From Dehalococcoidia bacterium (GTDB taxonomy: Bacteria; Chloroflexota; Dehalococcoidia; Lucifugimonadales; UBA1123): a stretch of 64,000 nucleotides of DNA. Below, piece by piece: positions 7,425 to 16,725 of this stretch. The first letter of the stretch is position 1. Each line of letters opens with the position of its first letter. A program made the position numbers and the translations under genes. The stretch lies in assembly GCA_965214745.1 (NCBI GenBank), contig OZ243978.1:2807554-2871553 (forward strand), read 5' to 3'. The notes under the pieces are model-generated. The model had not been told where the DNA came from and did no database searches. It saw only the letters and a program-made list of their open reading frames with translations.

Positions 7425-10400
7425 ATGACGACGACGCGACTATCCCCGAACGACGTAGACCCTCTCATGCTGAACGCGGCGCAGTGGCGCTGCATTGGCC
7501 CTCCGCGCGGCGGGCGCGTGGTGGCGGTGGCGGGCGACCCGGTTCGGCAGGGGACGTTCTACTTCGGCGCATGCGCGGGCGGCGTGTGGAAGACCGAGGA
7601 CGGCGGAACCTACTGGGAGAACGTGTCCGACGGATACTTCGCCACGGCTTCCGTCGGCGCTATCGCGGTGTCGGACTCAGACCCCAGCGTAGTGTACGCC
7701 GGCATGGGCGAGGCGTGCATACGGCTAGACGTCACGCACGGCGACGGCGTATACCGCTCCACCGACGGCGGGCGCAGCTGGACGCATCTGGGATTGGAAG
7801 ACACCCGCCATATATCCCGCGTTCGCATACATCCTAAGAATCCGGACATCGTGTACGTGGCGGCGCTCGGACACGCCTTCGGACCCAACGAGCGGCGCGG
7901 CGTGTTTCGCACCACCGACGGCGGCAAGAACTGGGAACGCATCCTCTACAAGAGCGAGAACGCCGGCGCCGCCGATCTGACTATGGACGCGAACAACCCG
8001 CGCGTGATGTTCGCCTCTATCTGGCAGGCTAGGCGAACCTTCTGGAGCATGGCGAGCGGCGGGCCTGACAGCGGCATCTGGCGAACCACCGACGGCGGCG
8101 ACAGCTGGGAAGACGTGTCCGGCAATCCGGGATTGCCTGAAGGCCCCTTCGGGCGCGTGGGCGTATCCATCGCGCCTTCCAAGCCGGGGCGCGTATACGC
8201 CACTATCGAGGCGAAGGGGCCGGGCGTGTTTCGCTCCGACGACTACGGCGACACGTGGACGCTCGTTTCCGACAACCGAGATCTGCAAGGCAGACCTTGG
8301 TACTACCAGCACATCTTCGCGGATCCGCAAGACGCCGATACGGTGTGGGTCCTCAACTATTCGGCGTGGAAGTCGATAGACGCTGGCAAGAGCTGGGAGG
8401 AGGTGAACACGCCGCACGGGGACAACCATGACCTTTGGATAGACCCGCGAAACCCGCAGCGGATGATAGAGGGCAACGACGGCGGCGCGTGCGTCAGCTT
8501 CAACGGCGGCGACACGTTCTCCACCATCTACAACCAGCTGACCGCGCAGTTCTACCACGCAACTACCGATACGCGCTTCCCGTATCGCGTCTATGGCACC
8601 CAGCAAGACAACAGCGCCATCAGCGTGCCGTCCCGCACGAACAAGGGCGGCATCCCTTGGGGAGACTGCTACACCGTCGGCAGCTCCGAGAGCGGTTACA
8701 TCGTCGTAGACCCGGAAAACCCGAACATCGTCATATCCGGAGCCATCGGCTCGTCGCCGGGCGGCGGCGGCAACATGTTGCGCTACGACCACTCCACCGG
8801 GCAAGTGCGGATAATCACCGTCTGGCCCGAACTCAACACAGGCTACGGAGCTGTGGAAGCCAAGTATCGCTTCCAGTGGACATACCCCATCCTGTTCTCT
8901 CCCCACGACTCCAACACGCTGTACGCGGCGGGCAACGTAGTGTTCGCGTCGAGCGATCAGGGCGGAAGCTGGCGTCCGATTAGCCCAGACCTCACCCGCA
9001 ACGACCCGGACAAGCTACAGCCGTCCGGCGGCGACATCACCGGCGACGCATCCGGAGCGGAGACGTACTGCACGGTGTTTTCGTTCGTGGAGTCTCCCCA
9101 CGAACGCGGCGTGTTCTGGGCGGGATCCGACGACGGCTTGGTTCACATATCCAGGGACGGCGGCGAGAACTGGCAAGACGTCACCCCGCACGATCTGGAA
9201 GAGTGGAGCCGCGTGGACATGATAGAGGTCTCCCCGCACGACGCGGCGACGGCGTACATATCCGCCACCCGATACAAGCACGACGACGACAGACCCTTCC
9301 TCTTCAAGACGGCTGACTACGGCGAGAGCTGGACGTCCATCGTCGGCGACCTCGACGCCAACGACTTCACGCGCTGCATCCGCGAAGACCCGGAGCGCGC
9401 GGGCATGCTGTACATAGGCACGGAGACGGGCGTTCGCGTGTCTTTCGACGACGGCGGAACGTGGCTGTCGCTCAGCGCCAACCTGCCCGTCGTGCCGGTG
9501 TACGACCTCGTCATCGAGGACGACGATCTGATAGCCGCCACGCACGGGCGCAGCTTCTGGATAATGGACGGGCTCAGCCTGCTGCGGCAGACGTCCGGCG
9601 AGCTCGCAGGCGACGAGGCGCGCCTGTTGACGCCGCCCACCAAGATACGCATGGCGGCGCCGTTCAGGGGGCGAGGCGGCGGCAGCGCGAAAGAGTACCA
9701 ACTCGCGCTCGGCGCGGCGGTGGCGTTCCGCGACCACAAAGACGAGCTTGGCGGAATCGAACGGCAGATGCTGGACGCGGGCGCGAACCCGCCCGCCGGC
9801 GTCCGCGTCTGGTACTGGCTGCGCGACGAGCCGGAAACCGACGTGGAGCTTGCCTTCCTAGACGCGAACGGCGAGACGATACGCGCATACTCCAGCGCGA
9901 AGGGCGACGATGACGACGCCCGCCCGCGCCTGTCCGCCCGCGCGGGCATGAACCGCTTCGATTGGAACATGCGCTATCCGGGCGCGAGCAAGGTTCGCGG
10001 CGACAAGACTACGGAAGATAGCCTGCGCGGTCCGCTCGCGCCGCCGGGCGGCTACTCGGTTCGGCTCACCGTTGGCGACACATCGCAGACAGCGAGCTTC
10101 GAGATGGTGAAAGACCCGCGAGTGTCCGCCACGCAGGAGGACTTCGACGCTCAGTTCGAGATGCTCATCGCAATCCGAGACAAGCTCAGCGAGACGCACG
10201 ATAGCGTCAACCGTCTGCGAAGCGCGCGGCGGCAGGTGGGCGAGTGGGCGGAGCGCGCGAAGGGCGGAACAGCGGAAGAGCCGGTGAAGGCGGCGGCGGA
10301 CGCGCTGACAGCCAAGCTCGACGACATCGAATCCGCGCTCATTCAGACTGAGTACCGCGGCGCGCGAGACCGCCTGCACCTGCCCATCAAGCTCAACGCC

Positions 10401-10592
10401 AAGCTCGCGGGCTTGATTCCCGTAGTCGCGTCCTCCGATTCCCGCCCCACGCGGCAGGCGGGAGAGGTGTTCGCGGAGTACTCCGCCGCGCTCGACGCCC
10501 GCTTCGACGAGCTGCGCCGCGTTCTCGAAGACGACATGGACGAGTTCGCGAACCTGCTGGCGGAGCTGGAAGTGCCGCCGGTGGTGGCGTGA
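7425..10592 (+). CDS. BNR/Asp-box repeat, sortilin/Vps10-like double beta-propeller protein
   Basis: At least nine S/T-x-D-x-G-x-(T/S)-W Asp-boxes (STDGGRSWTHL, TTDGGKNWERI, TTDGGDSWEDV, SDDYGDTWTLV and others). Length 1055 aa. Confidence 0.75.
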   Translation: MTTTRLSPNDVDPLMLNAAQWRCIGPPRGGRVVAVAGDPVRQGTFYFGACAGGVWKTEDGGTYWENVSDGYFATASVGAIAVSDSDPSVVYAGMGEACIRLDVTHGDGVYRSTDGGRSWTHLGLEDTRHISRVRIHPKNPDIVYVAALGHAFGPNERRGVFRTTDGGKNWERILYKSENAGAADLTMDANNPRVMFASIWQARRTFWSMASGGPDSGIWRTTDGGDSWEDVSGNPGLPEGPFGRVGVSIAPSKPGRVYATIEAKGPGVFRSDDYGDTWTLVSDNRDLQGRPWYYQHIFADPQDADTVWVLNYSAWKSIDAGKSWEEVNTPHGDNHDLWIDPRNPQRMIEGNDGGACVSFNGGDTFSTIYNQLTAQFYHATTDTRFPYRVYGTQQDNSAISVPSRTNKGGIPWGDCYTVGSSESGYIVVDPENPNIVISGAIGSSPGGGGNMLRYDHSTGQVRIITVWPELNTGYGAVEAKYRFQWTYPILFSPHDSNTLYAAGNVVFASSDQGGSWRPISPDLTRNDPDKLQPSGGDITGDASGAETYCTVFSFVESPHERGVFWAGSDDGLVHISRDGGENWQDVTPHDLEEWSRVDMIEVSPHDAATAYISATRYKHDDDRPFLFKTADYGESWTSIVGDLDANDFTRCIREDPERAGMLYIGTETGVRVSFDDGGTWLSLSANLPVVPVYDLVIEDDDLIAATHGRSFWIMDGLSLLRQTSGELAGDEARLLTPPTKIRMAAPFRGRGGGSAKEYQLALGAAVAFRDHKDELGGIERQMLDAGANPPAGVRVWYWLRDEPETDVELAFLDANGETIRAYSSAKGDDDDARPRLSARAGMNRFDWNMRYPGASKVRGDKTTEDSLRGPLAPPGGYSVRLTVGDTSQTASFEMVKDPRVSATQEDFDAQFEMLIAIRDKLSETHDSVNRLRSARRQVGEWAERAKGGTAEEPVKAAADALTAKLDDIESALIQTEYRGARDRLHLPIKLNAKLAGLIPVVASSDSRPTRQAGEVFAEYSAALDARFDELRRVLEDDMDEFANLLAELEVPPVVA

Positions 10593-10595
10593 CTC

Positions 10596-10640
10596 GCAGG
10601 ATCTACGGGATGAGCGGGATGGAGGATGGATAGGATGAGC
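10596..10640. repeat. GGAT-rich repeat cluster (REP-like family)
   Basis: GCAGGATCTACGGGATGAGCGGGATGGAGGATGGATAGGATGAGC has six GGAT words in 45 nt. It overlaps the dipeptidase RBS and start. Confidence 0.5.
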
Positions 10641-11630
10641 GAGCGCCCTGACGTATACGAGCGGTCCATCGTGTTCGATGGGCTGAACGTGAGCAACTGG
10701 GAGAGCGACGCGGTCTATCGCAGCCTTGCGGCGGGCGGCGTTACGGGCATGAACGCCACCGTCGCCATATGGGAAGGCTTCTCGCAGACGATGGACAACA
10801 TCGCGGCGTGGCTGCGCCGCTTCGAGACGCGCTCCGACACGCTGACGCAGGTGAAGACAGCCGCCGATCTCGTCGAGGCGAAGCGGCTCGGCAAGACGGG
10901 CGTCGCGCTCGGCTGGCAGAACGCATCTCCCATCGGCGCGGACTTGAACCGGCTCGCGCTGTTCCACGCGCTCGGCGTCCGCATCGTCCAGATCACCTAC
11001 AACGAGCGCAACCTGGTCGGCAACGGCTGCTACGAGCGGACGGACGACGGGCTGAGCCGCTTCGGGCAAGACGTGGTGCGCGAGATGAACCGGCTCGGCA
11101 TATTGGTAGACCTTTCGCACGTGGGCGACCGCACCACGCTGGAGGCGGCGGAGCTTTCGGACGCGCCCGTCGCCTGCACCCACGCCAACGCCAGAGCGCA
11201 TTTCGACCACCCGCGCAACAAAACCGACGACGCGCTGAAGCTCATCGCCGAGCGCGGCGGGGTGATAGGCGCGAACGCCTTCCCGCCGTTCCTGCCCGGC
11301 GGGTTCGAGTCCACCGTCGGCGAATACGTGGACGCCATGGAAGACCTCGTGGAGCGCGTCGGCATAGACCACGTGGGCATAGGAACCGACTACACGCAGC
11401 GACAGCCCAAGGCGTTCTTCGATTGGATATTCGCCCAGCAAGGGACGAAGCCCACGCCCGCGTCCGACTCCTACCCCGACGACCCGCCCCACCCTCGCGG
11501 CATGGAAACGCCGGACAGCCTATCCAACGTAGCCGCCGAGCTGCTCGCCCGCGGCTATTCGGAAAACGACGCCGCGAAGCTGCTAGGCGGCAACTGGATG
11601 CGGCTGTTCTCGCGCGTCTGGGGCGGGTGA
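10635..11630 (+). CDS. Membrane dipeptidase (peptidase M19, renal dipeptidase family)
   Basis: VFDGLNVSNW, LSHVGD, CTHANARA and HVGIGTDY motifs of M19 dipeptidases. ATG 10635 has GGAGG 9 nt upstream. In-frame ATG 10626 is an alternative start. Confidence 0.8.
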   Translation: MSERPDVYERSIVFDGLNVSNWESDAVYRSLAAGGVTGMNATVAIWEGFSQTMDNIAAWLRRFETRSDTLTQVKTAADLVEAKRLGKTGVALGWQNASPIGADLNRLALFHALGVRIVQITYNERNLVGNGCYERTDDGLSRFGQDVVREMNRLGILVDLSHVGDRTTLEAAELSDAPVACTHANARAHFDHPRNKTDDALKLIAERGGVIGANAFPPFLPGGFESTVGEYVDAMEDLVERVGIDHVGIGTDYTQRQPKAFFDWIFAQQGTKPTPASDSYPDDPPHPRGMETPDSLSNVAAELLARGYSENDAAKLLGGNWMRLFSRVWGG

Positions 11631-11661
11631 ATCCGGGAATGCGGTCGCCTTGCGCTGGTTG

Positions 11662-12327
11662 TCAGTGCCCCCCGCCGTCTTCCGGCGCGTCGTCTTCGGC
11701 GTCTATGCGCTCCGGGCAGTCTACGGACGTTATCTCGCACATGCCGCATTCCTGCGCGCTGGGGACTTTGCGGGCGGGCGAGTCGGCGGCTACGCGCCCT
11801 ATGAGCGCGTAGAGGCGCCGCATGAACACGTCGTTCATCCTGTCCGCGGGGATTTCGGCTTCTCGCCCGTCGCCGTATATCAGCCGCCCGTCGAACGCCA
11901 CGCCGCGATATTGGCCTGTGCGCGGCATGGCGTACATATATATCAAGAGCTGCGCCTCGTCGGATAGGCGTCGCCTGCCCGTCTTGAGGTCGTACACCGT
12001 CGCGCGTCCGTCCGCGTCGCCGCTTGGGTCTACGGACACCAGATCGGGCTTGCCGCCCAGCACCGCGCCGGACCTGCCGCGCAGAGAGAAGCGGTTCTGA
12101 TTCTCGGTGTACACCGTCAGACCGTCCGCTTCCAGCTTGTCGCGCGTGTCGTTCAGAAGCGCGGTGTGGTCCATGCTCCACGTCGCCTGATCGAAGTCGT
12201 CCGGCGCCTTGTCGTAGGCTATGTAGTGCGCCCTGAACCAGCTAGCCCACTCGCAGGAGTTCTCCCCCACCAGCAGCCGCGAAAGCCATGTCGTCCAAAT
12301 GTAGGGACCCGTTCTCTCTACAGCCAT
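11662..12327 (-). CDS. PD-(D/E)XK nuclease, Cas4/RecB-like with four-Cys cluster
   Basis: GKPDLVSVD...VYDLKTG...QLLIYMY nuclease core. One N-terminal Cys (ENSCEW) plus C-terminal CGMCEITSVDC, as in Cas4/AddB-type Fe-S nucleases. Confidence 0.6.
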   Translation of the reverse strand: MAVERTGPYIWTTWLSRLLVGENSCEWASWFRAHYIAYDKAPDDFDQATWSMDHTALLNDTRDKLEADGLTVYTENQNRFSLRGRSGAVLGGKPDLVSVDPSGDADGRATVYDLKTGRRRLSDEAQLLIYMYAMPRTGQYRGVAFDGRLIYGDGREAEIPADRMNDVFMRRLYALIGRVAADSPARKVPSAQECGMCEITSVDCPERIDAEDDAPEDGGGH

Positions 12328-12328
12328 G

Positions 12329-12355
12329 CCCTATCCCGCGCAATCCGGCGCATCG
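12329..12355. repeat. Dispersed GGAT-phased intergenic repeat (REP-like), degenerate copy
   Basis: CCTATCCCGCGCAATCCGGCGCATC between the glyA stop and the Cas4-like start. Confidence 0.4.
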
Positions 12356-12383
12356 CGTTCACCTTGTGAATCCGCGCTAATTT

Positions 12384-13616
12384 TCACGGCGGCGGAAAAC
12401 GCCCCGCCATGTCCATAGCCTCTTCGCGCGCCCTGCGCTCCGTCGCCGCGCTTCCGATGTCTCCGAGAACCTCTAGGATAAGCTCCCCTACCCGCGCCGC
12501 CTCGCGCTCGCCGAACCCTCTGCTGGTGATGGCGGGCGTTCCGAGCCGGACGCCGCTGGCTACGCGCGGCGGCTTGGGGTCGTATGGAATGGCGTTGCGG
12601 TTGACGACGATGTTCGCGCGCCCGAGAGCCTCTTCCGCCTGCCGTCCGGTGACGTCCAGCGGGCGCAGGTCCACCAAGACCATGTGCGTATCCGTGCCGC
12701 CCGCCACGAGCCGCAGACCGCCCGCCGCAAGCGAATCCGCGAGCGCGACGGCGTTGGCGCGCACCCGGCGCTGGTAGTCGGCGAACTCCGGACGCATCGC
12801 CTCGCCGAACGCCACCGCCTTGGCTGCGATGACGTGCTGGAGCGGTCCGCCCTGCGCGTTGGGGAAAACCGCCCTGTCCACGTCTCGCGCGCGGGATGCG
12901 TCGCACAGTATCATCCCGCCGCGCGGGCCGCGGAGCGTCTTGTGCGTTGTGGATGTTACTATCTGCGCCTCGCCCACGGGCGAAGGATGCTCCCCCGCCG
13001 CTACCAAGCCCGCGATGTGCGCCATGTCCACCATCAGCCGCGCTCCCACGTCGTCCGCTATCTCGCGGAAGCGGCGGAAGTCTATGACGCGCGAATACGC
13101 CGTCGCGCCCGTCACTATCAGCTTGGGGCGCGTCTCGCGCGCGATGCGCTCGACCTCGTCGTAGTCGATAAGCTCCAGCTCGCGGTCTACGCTGTACGGC
13201 TCGAAGCGGTACATCTTGGCGGAGAAGTTGACCGGGCTGCCGTGCGTGAGATGCCCGCCGTGGTCCAGCGCAAGCCCCATCACCGTGTCGCCGGGCGCGA
13301 GCGACGCGAAATACGCCGCCATGTTCGCCTGCGCGCCGGAGTGCGGCTGCACGTTGGCGTGGTCTGCGCCGAACAGCTCCCGCGCGCGCGATATGGCGAG
13401 CCGCTCCGCCACGTCCACGAACTCGCATCCGCCGTAGTATCGCCTTCCGGGGTAGCCCTCGGCGTACTTGTTCGTCATGACCGAGCCTTGCGCCTCCAGA
13501 ACGGCGCGGCTGGCGAAGTTCTCGGACGCAATCAGGTTGATGTTCTCGCGCTGCCTGCGAACCTCGTTCGCTATCGCGTCGGCTATCTGCGGGTCTTGCT
13601 CGGAAAGCGCTGTCAT
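12384..13616 (-). CDS. glyA: Serine hydroxymethyltransferase
   Basis: Full-length SHMT: [23 protein letters not shown], and the PLP-Lys region [15 protein letters not shown]. Confidence 0.95.
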   Translation of the reverse strand: MTALSEQDPQIADAIANEVRRQRENINLIASENFASRAVLEAQGSVMTNKYAEGYPGRRYYGGCEFVDVAERLAISRARELFGADHANVQPHSGAQANMAAYFASLAPGDTVMGLALDHGGHLTHGSPVNFSAKMYRFEPYSVDRELELIDYDEVERIARETRPKLIVTGATAYSRVIDFRRFREIADDVGARLMVDMAHIAGLVAAGEHPSPVGEAQIVTSTTHKTLRGPRGGMILCDASRARDVDRAVFPNAQGGPLQHVIAAKAVAFGEAMRPEFADYQRRVRANAVALADSLAAGGLRLVAGGTDTHMVLVDLRPLDVTGRQAEEALGRANIVVNRNAIPYDPKPPRVASGVRLGTPAITSRGFGEREAARVGELILEVLGDIGSAATERRAREEAMDMAGRFPPP

Positions 13617-13667
13617 GTTGGCGGAATCACCCTTCGCTGCATCCCTATCCCGTCGTGGGAGAGGGAG

Positions 13668-14054
13668 CTAGGATATAGCGTCCTGTCCCTGTACGGCGGC
13701 TGCCATCTCTTCCGCCGCCGCCGCGCTGGCGACGCGCCTGTCCCGCGGCGCTCGGCGCGCCAGACGCTTGCCCTTGCGCCGGCTTATCTGCCTATCCACC
13801 ACGTCGGACACGCCGTCGACAGCCTCGAACAGGTTGACGCCGCGCCCCTCGCCGCGGAGCGTCTGCCCGCCCGCGTCGAGCGTCATCAGCGCGCGAACCC
13901 TCTCGCGCGTCGAGCGGTAGTCGGTTCTGGTCACCTCCAGCTTCGCGTCGCCCGCGTCTCGCAGCCGCCGCCGGATGCTGGCGAACTTCTTGTGGATGTA
14001 CCGTTCGGCATGGGGGTTGAGGACGATGTTCTTCGTCTGGATCTGAATCTCCAC
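13668..14054 (-). CDS. hpf: Ribosome hibernation promoting factor / RaiA family
   Basis: MEIQIQTKNIVLNPHAERYIHKKF... is typical of an HPF N-terminal domain. GTG start with AGGAGG SD. Confidence 0.8.
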   Translation of the reverse strand: MEIQIQTKNIVLNPHAERYIHKKFASIRRRLRDAGDAKLEVTRTDYRSTRERVRALMTLDAGGQTLRGEGRGVNLFEAVDGVSDVVDRQISRRKGKRLARRAPRDRRVASAAAAEEMAAAVQGQDAIS

Positions 14055-14122
14055 GTCGTAGACCTCCTAAGCGTTGTGGGTTGGGCTGCCGGCGGTCGTA
14101 GTTCGTAGGGCCCTGTTCATCA

Positions 14123-14151
14123 ATTGTATGCGCGCTTCGGGGCGCGGGCAA
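14123..14151 (-). promoter_or_regulatory. Putative sigma70-type promoter of hpf
   Basis: Minus strand reads TTGCCC-N17-TACAAT, about 70 nt upstream of the hpf start. Confidence 0.35.
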
Positions 14152-14363
14152 GCGCAAGCGGATGAGAAAATTGCGCCAAATTCATCGGGTCTGCTGACTC
14201 GACCGGTATAATCGAGGCGTGAAAATCCTGAGAATCTCAGAATCACGCAAATCCTAATTCTGACAAACGGCTAGTCCGGGCGATTTCACTTGCCCAACGG
14301 CGGCGGCTTAGGTTATGGTATCTGCGAGCGGGAAGCCCTCGCGCGAGGGGTTCGGACAGACGC

Positions 14364-14456
14364 GGACAGGTGGCCGAGCGGCTGAAGGCGCGCCCCTGCT
14401 AAGGGCGTAGGGTCTCATACAGGCTCTCGTGGGTTCGAATCCCACCCTGTCCGCCA
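14364..14456 (+). tRNA. tRNA-Ser (anticodon GCU), CCA encoded
   Basis: Acceptor GGACAGG/CCTGTCC. Anticodon stem CGCCC/GGGCG with loop CUGCUAA. Long variable arm. T-loop GGTTCGAATCC. Discriminator G followed by CCA. Confidence 0.93.
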
Positions 14457-14564
14457 ACGTCTCGCGTTGCGTAGCGCGTATTGGGACGCTGGCAAGCCGT
14501 TTCCGACGCGCCCGCAAGAACGCGACGGGACGCGCTCGACTCGAACGGCGCCGACAGAGGAAAG

Positions 14565-15620
14565 ATGATTCGAGGCGTTCTGGAGAGATACAGGGGCTAC
14601 CTGCCGGTAACGCCCGACACCCCTATGCTGACGCTCGGCGAAGGGCAAACGCCGCTCGTGAAGTCCCGCGCCGTCGGCGAGATGGTCGGCTGCGAGCGTC
14701 TATACTTCAAGCTCGAAGGCTGCAACCCCACAGGCTCGTTCAAAGATCGCGGCATGGCGCTTGCCGTCGCCAAGGCTATCGAAGCGGGCGTGGACAGCAT
14801 CGCATGCGCCTCCACCGGCAACACCAGCGCATCCGCCGCCGCATACGCCGCCTACATGGGGCTGCGCGCCACCGTCATCGTCCCCAAGGGAAGCGTCTCT
14901 AGGGGCAAGCTGGCGCAGGCGATAGCCTACGGCGCGCGCGTCATGCTCATTCGCGGCAGCTTCGACCACGCGCTGGAGCTAGTGCGCGAGCTTGCCGAGC
15001 GCAACCCCATCGCGCTGGTCAACTCCGTCAACCCGCACCGCATACAGGGGCAGAAGACCGCCGCGTTCGAGATAGTGGAAGACATCTCAGCCGCGCCGGA
15101 CTACGTGTTCATCCCAGTCGGCAACGCGGGCAACATAGCCGCCTACTGGCTCGGCTTCCGCGAGGCGCACGTCAACGAGTGGTGCGGCTCGCTGCCCAAG
15201 ATGATGGGCTTTCAAGCGCAGGGCGCAGCGCCGATAGTGCGCGGCGACGTGGTGCCGGAGCCGGAGACGATAGCCTCCGCCATACGCATCGGCAACCCCG
15301 CGAGCTGGAACGCCGCAATCAGGGCGCGAGACGAATCCGGCGGCAGCATAGACATGGTTTCGGACGACGACATCCTAGAAGCCTATCGCCTAATGGCGAG
15401 CCGCGAAGGGGTGTTTTGCGAACCTGCGTCCGCCGCGAGCGTGGCGGGCTTGATAAAACACGCCAAGGCGGGGCTGGAACTCGAAGGCAAGACGGCGGTA
15501 TGCGTCATCACCGGCAGCGGGCTGAAAGACCCGGACATGGCGAACGAAATCGAACCAGAGTGGATGGAGGAGTACCCGCCGGACATCTCCGCCGTAGAAC
15601 AGGCGCTGCTGGCTCGATAG
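14565..15620 (+). CDS. thrC: Threonine synthase
   Basis: PLP-Lys motif NPTGSFKDRG. Short-form ThrC of 351 aa. ATG 14565 preceded by AGAGGAAAG. The ORF-track start at 14481 overlaps the tRNA flank. Confidence 0.9.
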   Translation: MIRGVLERYRGYLPVTPDTPMLTLGEGQTPLVKSRAVGEMVGCERLYFKLEGCNPTGSFKDRGMALAVAKAIEAGVDSIACASTGNTSASAAAYAAYMGLRATVIVPKGSVSRGKLAQAIAYGARVMLIRGSFDHALELVRELAERNPIALVNSVNPHRIQGQKTAAFEIVEDISAAPDYVFIPVGNAGNIAAYWLGFREAHVNEWCGSLPKMMGFQAQGAAPIVRGDVVPEPETIASAIRIGNPASWNAAIRARDESGGSIDMVSDDDILEAYRLMASREGVFCEPASAASVAGLIKHAKAGLELEGKTAVCVITGSGLKDPDMANEIEPEWMEEYPPDISAVEQALLAR

Positions 15621-15676
15621 CCGCGCGCGAACGCTGCGGACTCGCCCACGCGCGACCGCGTCAGGAGCTTTAGTCT

Positions 15677-16654
15677 ATGACAGCAGAAGTCCGACAGGAG
15701 AGCTTCGACACCATCTGGGAGCGCTGGGAACGCATCCTGCCGCTCTGCGCGACGGATTCCGTATTCCTAACCCCGTGGTGGCATCGCGTCTGGTGGGATT
15801 TGTTCGGCGGCTCGCGTCAGCCGCGCATCCTATCCGCCAACGACGGCGACGAGTTGATTGGCGTCGCGCCGCTCATGCAAGACGGCGACGGGCTGCTGAC
15901 CTTCCTCGGCGACCACAACCTGACGGACTACTTCGACTTCCTGACGCCGCCGGAGCGCGTGGACGATTTCTACCCCGCGCTGTGGGCGAGCCTGTTGGAA
16001 ATGGAGTGGACGACGCTCGATCTGCCGTCCATACCCGGCGCCTCGCCGACTCTCGCGCGCCTGTCCAAACTCGCCGAATCCTCCGGCTACAGCGTCGAGA
16101 TAGAGCGCGAGGAGACCACGCCAACGGCGCGGCTGCCCGCCGATTGGGACGCCTATCTAGCGGGATTGCGAAAGAAAGACCGCCACGAGCTGCGCCGCAA
16201 GCTGCGACGGCTGGATCGCGACAGCAGCCACCGTCAATACGTGGTCGACAGCGAACCGCTCGACGGCGCGATGAGAGAGTTCTTCCGCCTGCTTCGCGCA
16301 AGCCGCCAAGACAAGAACGAGTTTCTGACGCCGGAGCGCGAAGAGTTCTTCATCGAAATAGCGCGGCAGGCGGCGAAGCGAAACATGTTCGAGCTGAGCT
16401 TCCTAGAAGTGGACGGCGAGAACGCCGCCGCCTGCATCTGCTTCGACTACGGCGGGGATTACCTGCTCTACAACAGCGGCTACGACCCGAGCTACTCGCG
16501 CCTGAGCGTCGGCTTGCTCAACAAGGCGCTCAGCCTGCGAGCCGCGATAGAAAACGGAAGGGCCGAGTTCAACTTCCTAAAGGGAAACGAGCGCTACAAG
16601 TATAACCTTGGCGGCAAGGACGCCGACGTCATGCGGCTTCAGGTGCGGCGGTAG
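15677..16654 (+). CDS. GNAT-fold acetyltransferase, CelD/BioF2-like (FemAB-related)
   Basis: C-terminal YLLYNSGYDPSYSRLSVGLL...FNFLKGNERYKYNLG is typical of the CelD/BioF2-like acetyltransferase domain. Confidence 0.6.
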   Translation: MTAEVRQESFDTIWERWERILPLCATDSVFLTPWWHRVWWDLFGGSRQPRILSANDGDELIGVAPLMQDGDGLLTFLGDHNLTDYFDFLTPPERVDDFYPALWASLLEMEWTTLDLPSIPGASPTLARLSKLAESSGYSVEIEREETTPTARLPADWDAYLAGLRKKDRHELRRKLRRLDRDSSHRQYVVDSEPLDGAMREFFRLLRASRQDKNEFLTPEREEFFIEIARQAAKRNMFELSFLEVDGENAAACICFDYGGDYLLYNSGYDPSYSRLSVGLLNKALSLRAAIENGRAEFNFLKGNERYKYNLGGKDADVMRLQVRR

Positions 16655-16725
16655 CTCTGCGCGCTTTTCTCGAGAAGACATCCTAGAATACCCTGATTCA
16701 TCCCGCAAAACCTCAAGAGGAGTTT

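Noticed and set aside
9858-11492. 544-aa minus-strand ORF antisense to the BNR-repeat and dipeptidase genes. Similar long frames occur at 12684-14108, 41511-43019, 3698-4960, 50777-52123, 39199-40440, 40694-41947, 7725-8906 and 12331-13428
   Set aside because: All are extremely Arg/Ala/Pro/Gly-rich with no motifs. They lie opposite to, or out of frame with, genes that have clear family signatures. Long open antisense frames are expected at about 65% GC.
14364-14456. tRNA-Ser as an integration hotspot for a genomic island or prophage
   Set aside because: No integrase or excisionase is nearby, and I saw no duplicated copy of the tRNA 3' end. The flanking genes (hpf, thrC) are housekeeping genes of normal GC.
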